From the IMG/VR virus record IMGVR_UViG_2896054739_000007, positions 1 through 64,000 of that record: a stretch of 64,000 nt of DNA; one strand, 5' to 3'. This stretch comes from a virus. Lineage: Duplodnaviria; Caudoviricetes. Every line of letters begins with the position of its first letter. Within the stretch, counting starts at the first letter, position 1. Shown here one piece after another: positions 43,711 through 53,635 of this stretch. The position numbers and the translations under genes are program-made. Below the pieces are notes generated by a model. It had not been told where the DNA came from. It was given only the letters and a program-made list of their open reading frames with translations, and did no database searches.

Positions 43711-44662
43711 CTATACAATATTTACATCACACCTTCCTTTTACACATTCCAAAATTCTATTTTTACCAATATTAAATATCTCTTCATCATTCTCAATACA
43801 AATACATTTCCTGGCTGTCCTAATAGTAGCTACGCAAGTTGTCATACTACCAGCCGTTGAATCAAGCACAGTATCGCCCTCATCAGTATAAGTTTTAATA
43901 ATTTCTTCTACTAATGCTACTGGCTTTTGAGTTGGAGTTAATGCACACTTTTGGGTATCTTTGGCGAATAGCCAAACTGACTTAGGAAATCTCTCTGTAC
44001 TGTCATATGTATGATTTTTGATTTCGTTGTAATTTGTTGACTGCTTACTATTTCTTTTGTGGGACGCTGTACTTACTTTCCTGATGTATCCACTTGTTTT
44101 CTGAGGATTATACGTTGGTTGTTTCTTATAGAAAACACACATATCCTCATGGTTTCTCATTGGCATTCTATTAGCATTCTGGAACCCTGTAGGTTGTGTT
44201 TTCTCCCAAATGAGATTGTATTTTCTCCCAAATGAGATTGTATTTCCACATCTCACGATTGCTCTCCATAAGATCAGCGGTAAACATTCCGTTTGCAAAT
44301 AGAATAATTGCGCCATTATCTTTAATAATTCTTTTATATTGAGTCCATAACCCTATAGACTTATTTTCTTCAAAATACGCAAGCGCACCATTATAATTAG
44401 TTTCTCCTTGCTTATAACACCACAAAAGAAAATCATCTTTATAAAATACCTTTGGTTTCTTTCTCACTTCTAAAGTTATATAGTCATTAAATGGAATTAC
44501 TATATCCCAAGCATTCCTGGCGGTCTGCCCAAACGGAAGATCTGTGATAATTGCATCTATAGATCTATCAGGAATATCATCCATCAGTTTTAGACAATCA
44601 CCTTGCCATAATTCATAATTATTATTCTCAAATATTTTCTTTTCCCAGAAAGGCATGATCAT
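43711..44662 (-). pseudogene. N4/N6 DNA methyltransferase frameshifted by a 22-bp tandem duplication
   Basis: GDCL, TDLPF in the 5' ORF; PTQKP, DSTAGS in the 3' ORF; TTTTCTCCCAAATGAGATTGTA twice at 44199-44242. Confidence 0.88.
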
Positions 44663-45353
44663 CTTACGGTTGCAACACCTTTGTTCCTTTCTGTGTTATT
44701 TTTCTTAAACTTCCTTGATTTTATCTGCTAACAAATTTATTAATCTTGCACCATGCGGATATAACGCATTTTCCATTACTATGTAATCTAATTGCATCAT
44801 TCCTCTACCTTGATTTTCTTCAATAATATCTGCTAATATATTGAAAAAATCTGCTTGTTGCGCTGAATCCATATTCCAGAACTCTTCAGCTAATTCCTGT
44901 GGATTCATTTCTATATTAACCTCTCTTGTTACTATTTCTTTTCACCTCCTCTTGATGAAACAGATTTTTCATGGTTATTCATTATAGTTAATTACACCAC
45001 ATTCCTTTAAAATATCCATTGCAAATTTACCGACATCTTCAAATTTACTATGCTGAGTAGAAAATTTTGCAATCTGATCTACCATGTAAATTGTTTTTGA
45101 TACCTTTACTTGATCTTTCAGTCCGCCATGTTGAGTAATAGCATAAACGATATATGCCAAATCTTCTGGATTATACTCCTTTACTTCGTACCCAAAATCT
45201 TTCAACATTTTCTTGGTCATTTTTTCATCACTCAAGACTGTTTTCACCATCTTGTCAAGCTGTTCATCTGTTATCTTATTATCTTCCATATAATTTCTCC
45301 TTTACTATTTTACACTTGACTACCTATCAGCTTTTGTATTATGTTTAATTAAC

Positions 45354-45401
45354 ATAATTTTGTTGAGTACAATATCTCTCAACTTTCAGATGCAAAATCA
45401 C
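45354..45401 (-). ncRNA. Putative guide-RNA scaffold element downstream of the Cas12f/TnpB gene
   Basis: GTGATTTT-gcatctgaaa-GTTGAG-loop-CTCAAC-AAAATTAT. Confidence 0.55.
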
Positions 45402-45423
45402 CTGATTACTTACAACAGATTTA

Positions 45424-46698
45424 TTAAACAAAATCCGTTGACATAGCAATATTTCTACTTGCATTAAAGTCTGCATTTAACTCTGCACCACAAGATTTAC
45501 ATTTAAAATGTGCCTGATCAATCCTCTGTCCCTCCTCCCAATGTCCACAACAACTACAAATCTGTGAAGTATGATATGGATTTATCTTCCTTACTTCTAT
45601 TCCATATTTGGCAGCTTTATATGTAATAAACTGTTGAAGTTCATAAAAACTCCAATTTCTTAATATAAATTGATTTGAATCAAAACCGCTTAAATCTTCT
45701 ACATTTATGTATTTTGCTTTGTTCTTAACTGCAAAATCTACAACATTTTTACTGACATAATGGTTATATGTTTTTACAAAATTTCTTTCTCTGTCTTTTA
45801 ATTTCTCTAATGGTTTTAATTTCTTTTGTCTACCGTGCCCACCAGATGTTGATGCTAGGGATTTTTGTAATCTTCTTCTCTGTGACTGTAATTGTGTTCT
45901 AATTCTTAAAAAATCATCTTTAGAACCAATAGATTGTCTTATATAATCATTTGTATTCAATCCACACATAGCAGGTATAGCAAGTCCTAAATCTACACCA
46001 ACAACTATATTTTCATCCAATTCTAGTTCTTGCTTGGGGATATCCATACTAAGATTTAAAATAATTTTCTTACCATCAATTTGAATAGAAGATCCGCACA
46101 CCTTATAGTTCTCTTCAAATATCTGCTGAATTTCGCTTCGTAAATATGCTGATTTATGTGGATTACCGAAAATCATTTTGAATGTAATATTGTTTGCAAA
46201 TTTAATAAATACTTCTAAATCTTTTGAGTACAGATGATCTAAGAAATCTGTATGTGATTCATAATTATGATACATTCCATTGTCTTGGTGATAATTTGTA
46301 CTTCGTAATCTCACAAAATTAACATGGACTAATAATGGATTATTTTTTCTATATGTTGGCAGAGAGACTTTCCCACATAGCAACCCATTTTTACATGAAT
46401 TTGCAAAGTCTTGTTTTACTTGTTTCACTACATATCCTAAATTCATATTTTTTGCAAATTCTATTGATTTATCATAAGCACTCCCTTTTTTACTATTACT
46501 TACTCTTGAATATAATCTATTTAATTCTTTTCTGTCTTCTTTAGAAATATCTTTTATTGCAGCAATGTATAACGCACTCATATATTGATTCATCGCTTTA
46601 TTCTGATAGAAAATACCATCTCTAAGATATTTATAAACCCTATCTATTTCTTCTTTTTCTCCTAATGGAATTATTTGAATTTTTCTTGTTAATATCAA
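45424..46698 (-). CDS. tnpB: Cas12f1/TnpB-family RNA-guided RuvC nuclease (about 424 aa, TTG start)
   Basis: RuvC D (GVDLG), E (INVEDLS), D (NADFNA) all intact; CSCC/CKSC Zn ribbon; GGHGR.KKL and ERNFVKTYNH resemble clostridial Cas12f1 (from memory). Confidence 0.9.
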   Translation of the reverse strand: MILTRKIQIIPLGEKEEIDRVYKYLRDGIFYQNKAMNQYMSALYIAAIKDISKEDRKELNRLYSRVSNSKKGSAYDKSIEFAKNMNLGYVVKQVKQDFANSCKNGLLCGKVSLPTYRKNNPLLVHVNFVRLRSTNYHQDNGMYHNYESHTDFLDHLYSKDLEVFIKFANNITFKMIFGNPHKSAYLRSEIQQIFEENYKVCGSSIQIDGKKIILNLSMDIPKQELELDENIVVGVDLGLAIPAMCGLNTNDYIRQSIGSKDDFLRIRTQLQSQRRRLQKSLASTSGGHGRQKKLKPLEKLKDRERNFVKTYNHYVSKNVVDFAVKNKAKYINVEDLSGFDSNQFILRNWSFYELQQFITYKAAKYGIEVRKINPYHTSQICSCCGHWEEGQRIDQAHFKCKSCGAELNADFNASRNIAMSTDFV

Positions 46699-46837
46699 TC
46701 TATTTTGCCTCCTGTTTTGTATCATAAGCAATTTTGACTTTGTATCTATATAATTTTATAAAAAATACAAAGTCCGTTACATCAAATTAGACTATAGCAA
46801 CTTTGTATCAATGCAATATTATATATATAAAATTACA

Positions 46838-46887
46838 TAGATTTTAGTGATTAGAATATATCTATCACCTTTCGGCAGCAAAATCTA
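46838..46887 (-). ncRNA. Second copy of the scaffold element, upstream of the nuclease gene
   Basis: TAGATTTT-gctgccgaaa-GGTGATAGA-loop-TCTAATCACT-AAAATCTA. Confidence 0.55.
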
Positions 46888-46958
46888 CCGTAGTTTATAC
46901 TAATTGTTGGTGGATTTTTTCCACCATTTTTCCAATAAAATCTCGAATTTATTGCTTA

Positions 46959-47870
46959 TTAATGTGACATTTTATCTGCTCTATGTAACTTCATTACTTT
47001 ATCATACAACCATTCGCCCCAAAATCGCTCATATTTTGACATTGTATCTTCTCCATGTTCTTTATCTTTTTCCCAAAAGTACGGAAACATATGTAAATTA
47101 ATCAAAATTGATACATCTAATTTATCTACACCAGACGGATATAAATAAAACAGACTGTCATATGCACCTACACAATGATGCTGATAGTAATGTGCTATAT
47201 TCGTTGTTTCTCCTTTTGAATTTACAAAAGTCTTTGTAAACGGTTTCCCACAATCATGTAAAAAACCAGCACATTCCAATAGTTTATCTTGTGCTAAAAA
47301 TGCACTTACTTTTCTACAATGTAATCCAAGAGTCATTGAATGATGTGGATTATCCTGCTCATAATTTAAATGATTATTTACCCAACATCCCATCACCTTA
47401 CGAATATCATCTTTAAATTCAATTGAAATATCATCCCACCCTTCAAACCAATAGGGTGTATTCCAATTCATATACATTCTTTTGATCACATCATATGGAA
47501 CATTTCTATCTCTTGAATCATTCCTATTACAACATTCAGCAAACGGTGTTGCCATAATAACGCACTTTTTATAACAAGGAATATTTTTTAATTCAGATAA
47601 AAATGCTCTACGCCTTTTTGAATTGATGTTGGTAGCATCATAAATAACATTTTTACCTTCTTTTAAATTCCCCTTGATTCTATCATGTAAAACTTTAAAA
47701 ACTTCTTCATTTTTATCCTGCGAATTTATATCACCACACAATTCTTTTCTAATTGTGTCTGAACTACAAATTATTGCTTCTAAATCATTTGATAATTCTT
47801 TTGCATAGGTAGATTTACCAGAGCCAGGCAAACCTACCATCATAACAAAAGTTGGTTTTGTATTATTCAT
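46959..47870 (-). CDS. Polynucleotide-kinase-like P-loop domain fused to an HD domain
   Basis: GLPGSGKST, SSD.IR, YDATN, HH...H, LHDCGKP. Confidence 0.85.
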   Translation of the reverse strand: MNNTKPTFVMMVGLPGSGKSTYAKELSNDLEAIICSSDTIRKELCGDINSQDKNEEVFKVLHDRIKGNLKEGKNVIYDATNINSKRRRAFLSELKNIPCYKKCVIMATPFAECCNRNDSRDRNVPYDVIKRMYMNWNTPYWFEGWDDISIEFKDDIRKVMGCWVNNHLNYEQDNPHHSMTLGLHCRKVSAFLAQDKLLECAGFLHDCGKPFTKTFVNSKGETTNIAHYYQHHCVGAYDSLFYLYPSGVDKLDVSILINLHMFPYFWEKDKEHGEDTMSKYERFWGEWLYDKVMKLHRADKMSH

Positions 47871-49194
47871 TTATAACTAACTCCTCTGCTTCCTCCATAT
47901 CTGGAGTATCCGCTTTATCCTTAATAATCCCTTCAAGTACCTTAAAACTGAAATTCTTATGTTTATATGCCGTAAATTTCTCTCGATTGTCAATTCTCAC
48001 TACAACTCCTTCTCTTACATGGGTCTTGCCAATCGGATCAGCACCATCATAATACTTCTCCACTCTCTCCATCAGATCTTCCCATGTAGTAAATACAAAT
48101 TTCTCAAAAGTAGGAACACACTTAATCCCTAGCTTCTCACATTCAATCTGTACCTGCTCCCAAGGAAGTTCTACAGCAAATCCATCCTCATTTGTCATAG
48201 TCATTCGATATACATAAATATCATTTTCGCCTGGTTTACACCCATATGAGAATACAGTTTCCTTACCATACTGTTTTTCAAATTCCTTATCTTTGACAAG
48301 TTTATTTGAACATCTTCCCATAATTGTCTGATCGCCTTCTGTATATCCAACAATCTCATAGAATACTTCTACACCTTTTGGAAGTTTATCTTTAAAAAAG
48401 TCCTGATATTTCTGTCTGAACGCATTACTACCATAATAGCCACCTTCATAATTTCTTAATGTGGTTCTTCTTGTCCCACTAACAACTGCAAATCGCTTAA
48501 TCTCTTTATCCCTAATTTTGAATACCTTCTTTAAAATAAAATGTCTCTTCTTTTTTACAATCTCAATAGCATTTGCAGTTCTAGCAGATGTACCATGCAT
48601 TTTAAGTGTTATGTAACAGGTATCGCCCTCTCTAAAAGCATTCTGATTATATGCAAGCTGCGCAGTATCAATATGCTCTACAAAAAATGGATAAGAAACT
48701 TTTTCCTTCTCTTCTTTCCTATTTCTATTTTTATTACCAGTGGAATTGTTTTCACATCTTCTCCGATTAGAATGCGGAATATATTTTCTACAAATTTCAT
48801 GTCCATCCAACATAGAAATCTGGTCACCATCTGATAATGTTTTTACATCTACATATTTACTTAATACTTCGATTGGCAATACAAGCCCGTCTGACTTTTC
48901 ACCTCTAAGTTTAAGAGCTGTGATATTTCTCTTATCAGGATCAAGATATCCTCCAACATTATTTCCGTTTTCGTCCTTTAAACGAACAAGATTATTATCA
49001 CATGCAAACTCTTCACTTAATTGTCCATCCACAGGGAAATAAATTACTCTCTGTCCTTCTGTATAATTCAAATCTACAATTACATTATTTCCAAAGATTG
49101 TTGCACACTGCAATCTATCAGCATTACTATGTTTTCTAAGCTGCTTAATCGTTGTTATATATCCACAATATCCATTTACTCTATTCTGTTCCAA
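47863..49194 (-). CDS. RNA ligase (DRB0094/Rnl2-like)
   Basis: HSNADRL N-terminal OB domain, TLKMHGTS adenylation motif, EGVV, YK.K. Confidence 0.82.
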   Translation of the reverse strand: MEQNRVNGYCGYITTIKQLRKHSNADRLQCATIFGNNVIVDLNYTEGQRVIYFPVDGQLSEEFACDNNLVRLKDENGNNVGGYLDPDKRNITALKLRGEKSDGLVLPIEVLSKYVDVKTLSDGDQISMLDGHEICRKYIPHSNRRRCENNSTGNKNRNRKEEKEKVSYPFFVEHIDTAQLAYNQNAFREGDTCYITLKMHGTSARTANAIEIVKKKRHFILKKVFKIRDKEIKRFAVVSGTRRTTLRNYEGGYYGSNAFRQKYQDFFKDKLPKGVEVFYEIVGYTEGDQTIMGRCSNKLVKDKEFEKQYGKETVFSYGCKPGENDIYVYRMTMTNEDGFAVELPWEQVQIECEKLGIKCVPTFEKFVFTTWEDLMERVEKYYDGADPIGKTHVREGVVVRIDNREKFTAYKHKNFSFKVLEGIIKDKADTPDMEEAEELVINE

Positions 49195-50711
49195 ATTTGC
49201 TTACCGTCATAAGCTGTGCGCACTTTTCACCTATAGGAACTTCTGATTTTATCCTTTCTTTTATTTAATATGAATTTACAAATCTAATCTTTGTTACATC
49301 AGATGGGATTTTAGTTAAGTCCACTTCAAAAAAATCTCTACAACAATCATCTGCATATTCTCTTATTGCATCTTTAGGTAATTCTGTTACAATTCCATCT
49401 TCACATATTTCTCCATCAAAAAATTTCAGTATTTCATCTGGAGGTGATATATTAATTTCTTTACAGGCATTATAAATGTGTAATTTCTTTTCATACTCTT
49501 CTGTTTTTGGTTTCAATCCCTGTATATAAGAATACATGCTCATATTTTTCTCCTTTTCTCCCAATGAAATGCAAGTTTAATTGACTCCACCTTTTCTAAT
49601 AATACTCTCACATGCTCGTGTTCCTATTGCTCTATAATACTTATGTGGAACACTAACAGTATCCATTTTCCTTGATTTTGCTTTCATTTCGGCTACGACA
49701 TTTTCTATGTCATAAGCAGTTTTTTCTTTATCCAATAAAGAAATTACATCATCATAAGGCGCACCAGCTTTTACCAATGCTTGTAAAAAATTTTTAAACC
49801 CATCTGCATCAATTAACCTCACTTAAACACCTCATCAAATTATCCCAATGCTTATCTATACATTCTCTAAATTCTTTACCACATCTCTTATAACTCTTCT
49901 TTGATTTGATTTTAATATCAGAACCATAATATCCACTTGACTGCCCCTTATGTATATAACTCTTCTCTTTTTTGCTATCGAAGCAATAACAAATATATGG
50001 ATCATACATATATGATGGTTCCATACCAAATAAAATTCTAAATCTGTTATCTTCTAATTCTATTTTGAAATCGAAACCGCCAATATCATCAATAATTTCA
50101 TCTTTTAATGAATTTAGAGCATCTTCAAAAAATAGTTTTGCAGTCTCATTGAACTTTTCATTATCTGTCCATTCGTTATCAAAAATTACTGGCGATGGAT
50201 TCCCAATACCAATGCAAACATTTCCTATTAATCTTCTACGCATTAGTCACCATCCTGTTCCTGTGGTTCCAATCCCATTCTCATTCGCAAAACATCTTCC
50301 TCAATCTGATCTGTGTTGGTTTTGATTTCTCTGCCAAAAGCGTCTTTGATAATAATATTAACATCTTCCATATTCACTTACTCCTTAATCAAAATCGCCA
50401 TCCAGTATTCGCAATCGTATACATTTCCACCAACTTCTCCAGCATAACCACAATTGGTAGAAGAAATTTTATATCCTTGTAAAATTAGCCTATCTACTTT
50501 TTCTTTAAATACCTTATGGTCATTTTCACTAACAGTTTCTATCATGTATTTATCACCTCTCTCCATATGAATCGCAGATTTCAACAATTGTATTTTTGCA
50601 AACGTCATGATATAATTTTTATAAGTTGATAGATATGTATATCATTTGCTATTTATGACTTCGAACTTGATTAACTTAAGTTACCAAAATCTTTAGTCGG
50701 AGGTAGCTGAT

Positions 50712-50891
50712 ATGATTGCATATTTGTGTATAATTTTTTTAACAATTATTCCTATTATTACTATTGGAATTTTTATAATTTCAATTCTCAATAAGATCAA
50801 TAAACTAGAGCCAACAGAATTTGATTTAGAAACTTCTTATAGAAAATCCAAAATTAAGTTACACCTCAAGTTTAATAGGAAGAAAAAGTAA
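50712..50891 (+). CDS. 59-aa hydrophobic protein with basic tail (type I toxin-like; not in ORF track)
   Basis: GGAGGT SD; MIAYLCIIFLTIIPIITIGIFIISILNK...FNRKKK. Confidence 0.65.
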   Translation: MIAYLCIIFLTIIPIITIGIFIISILNKINKLEPTEFDLETSYRKSKIKLHLKFNRKKK

Positions 50892-50963
50892 CTATCAGCT
50901 ATATACATATCATTACAATATCAACCCACTACCACACAAAGAATGTGCTACTATTCTTTGTAT

Positions 50964-51000
50964 TGAGGTCAAAGTTAGCGATGCTTTGACCTCATCTTTT
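50964..51000 (+). terminator. Intrinsic terminator
   Basis: TGAGGTCAAAG/CTTTGACCTCA 11-bp stem followed by TCTTTT. Confidence 0.75.
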
Positions 51001-51005
51001 AACAT

Positions 51006-51785
51006 TCATAACCTTACAATTCTATACAAGTCCCCATCCAAATAATTTTTCAACAACCATTCTTCATCAAATCCAGTGCCATGATAGAATTCCTCTGCAA
51101 TACCTCCACCAATAGCACACAATGTATCCATGTCACAAGGAAGTGAATAAACATTTCTCAAAAACGACTCATAATCTTCACTATCCAAAAAACATCTGAT
51201 TGCCACTGGCACACTTCCTTGACAAGTAACATCCCACCTATATGTATCTCTATACTCATCCAGTTCATATTCGACACTGTACTTATAGAAATCCATCGGA
51301 TATTGTATTTTTGTATAATTGAATATTTCAGCTTTAGACGCTCCTGTCCTTGCCATATAAATACACATGGATGTTACAACTGCACCTTTGATTCCTTCAT
51401 GGTGATTGTGTGTACAATCTGCTGATTTTGTCGCCCATTCTATTACTTCTTTTTCTGTATTGAAATATTCTCCAATATATGAACACCGCATTGCTGATCC
51501 GTTGCCAAAGCTGTTATATGGTTTCTCATCATCCCATCTTAGCCAAGAATCAAACATTCCTCCATATCCTGCATTTGGATATTGTCTACCTAACTTTCTA
51601 TAGGAATCAGCAAACGGAATATTATTTTTGACTGCTAATTTAGCAGCCAGTGTCATAACCGTATCATCCGTAAAATAACAGTTATCAGTGAACAGTTCAC
51701 ATTTCTTCCAATTCAAATTTTTAGGACGCTGGAACTCATATTGAGAACCAGCTATATCACCTAAAATTGCTCCAACTATCGCCAT
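51006..51785 (-). CDS. ADP-ribosylglycohydrolase (DraG/ARH)
   Basis: GAILGDIAGS, FTDDT, SFGNGSAMR, THNH, DMDT. Confidence 0.92.
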   Translation of the reverse strand: MAIVGAILGDIAGSQYEFQRPKNLNWKKCELFTDNCYFTDDTVMTLAAKLAVKNNIPFADSYRKLGRQYPNAGYGGMFDSWLRWDDEKPYNSFGNGSAMRCSYIGEYFNTEKEVIEWATKSADCTHNHHEGIKGAVVTSMCIYMARTGASKAEIFNYTKIQYPMDFYKYSVEYELDEYRDTYRWDVTCQGSVPVAIRCFLDSEDYESFLRNVYSLPCDMDTLCAIGGGIAEEFYHGTGFDEEWLLKNYLDGDLYRIVRL

Positions 51786-53635
51786 TTAATTATTCTCCTC
51801 ATTTACAACCACGTTCTTAGAGTCATCCATCGCTTTCATAGCCCTCAGATATGCTTCTGTCTGAATCGCAATCTGTTCTTCACGTTTCTTAACTGTTCTA
51901 CGTTCCTTATAAGCAAGTCTCTTGGCACGTTTCTTCTCAATTCGCTCTTGTTCTTCCTTCTGATGCTTCTCAAACTCTAACTTCTTCTCATAGACCTTCA
52001 TACCACGTTTAATCGCATTATTATAAGCTGAAGATCCACCCATAATTTTCTTTGAAATGCAGATAGAAATTGCAGACTCCAAACTGAATGTATCAGGTTC
52101 TCTACATACAGATTTCTCTTTTGTTCCATCTGCAAAAGTTACTTCTACAACCTTGTTTGGCACAATTGGATTGACATCTACAATTTTAATATCTTTCTCT
52201 CTACATGCTAAAATTTTTTCAATTGGTAACATTTCTGTATTAAATGCTCTAACATAATAATCCATCATATTCTCTCCTCCATAACTTGAACATTTTTTAT
52301 TTTCTAAATAGTTATAAATTATTTCTCTTAATGGTATTCCGGCCAATAATGCTTGATTTACTTTATCTAAACATGCAATATAATCACCCCAACTCAAAGA
52401 ATGCCTTTGTAAAGTCATGCAAAAATTATCAACAACACAATCTTCTTCATTAGTAATTGTTTTCATAATAGTTTTTTGTTCGTCAATTTTCCTTCGTATT
52501 TCTAATTCTCTTTGTTTACTTTCTCTTATAAAGTTTCTATCCAATCATATACAATATTTATATTAGTCACCTTCCTTTGAAACGGAAATTTTATTAAATA
52601 CTCTAATTTTCTGTGTTATATTTTTCTTGTAACATTTTAAAATGATCTTTACAGTTCTCCAAAGCTTCAAATTCAGTATTTCCATATCCTATTACAGATA
52701 TAGAAATCCCCTCGTAATCAACAATAGAATATTCACATTTCCAAACGGGTTCATTTTCTTTCATCTGCATATATGCATCTTTACAATTACATTTAATTTC
52801 ATATTTTTCATGTACTTGTGACCAAGGACTATTAATCCAAACAGCCCATTCTTCCATATCGTCTTTTGTTAATTCTTCATCATTCTCTTTATAAAAACTA
52901 ATAAAATCATCTGTATAATAAACAATTTCTTCATTATAACAAAAACTACCTGCTTTATATTTCTTCATTTTGTCACCTATTTAAACAGAAAATCAATGCT
53001 TTCTTTTTGAATCTTTAATCTTTTTATGTCTTTGTATTTGATAATCAAACTCTTGTAAAGTTTTATCTGTACATTCTAAAATTTCCAAATAAGGAGTAGA
53101 TAAGGTGCCAAAAAGTTCAATCCAATGAACTATAACAATACGGTTTTCTTTATCAATTTTGGGAATTGTATAACCAACGATACTATATTTATATTCATCA
53201 ATAATTTTATCTATTTGTTTCCATATCTTATAATAATCTTGGTTACAATTTATCTCAAAAAGTTTATCACGTTTATTATTCGTATCTACTAAATGTAATT
53301 TCATAAATTTTTCCCTCCTTAAAACTCGTGCTTCAACTACTTAACAATATAGTTTTTATAATTGCTAATATTTTTCTTTTCTGCCATCTCTACAGATATA
53401 ACACGAACACACCAATCTACAAATAAACAATACTGATTGGGTAATTTATCATGCAGATATTTTCTAATTCTTTCAGATAATAATATATGTCCTCTATCAA
53501 TCGCACTGTGAGAATATTCATCTTCGTACTCGTCTTCTCTTAAATATAATTCGTGAGAAAGTAAACCTGTTTCTACATCTTTGACAAAAATGTTATACTG
53601 ATCTTCTACCTCGTAATTCATAATAAACCTCTCTT

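Noticed and set aside
45290-46935. CRISPR array for the Cas12f-like gene
   Set aside because: No regularly spaced direct repeats; only short GATACAAA recurrences and hairpins
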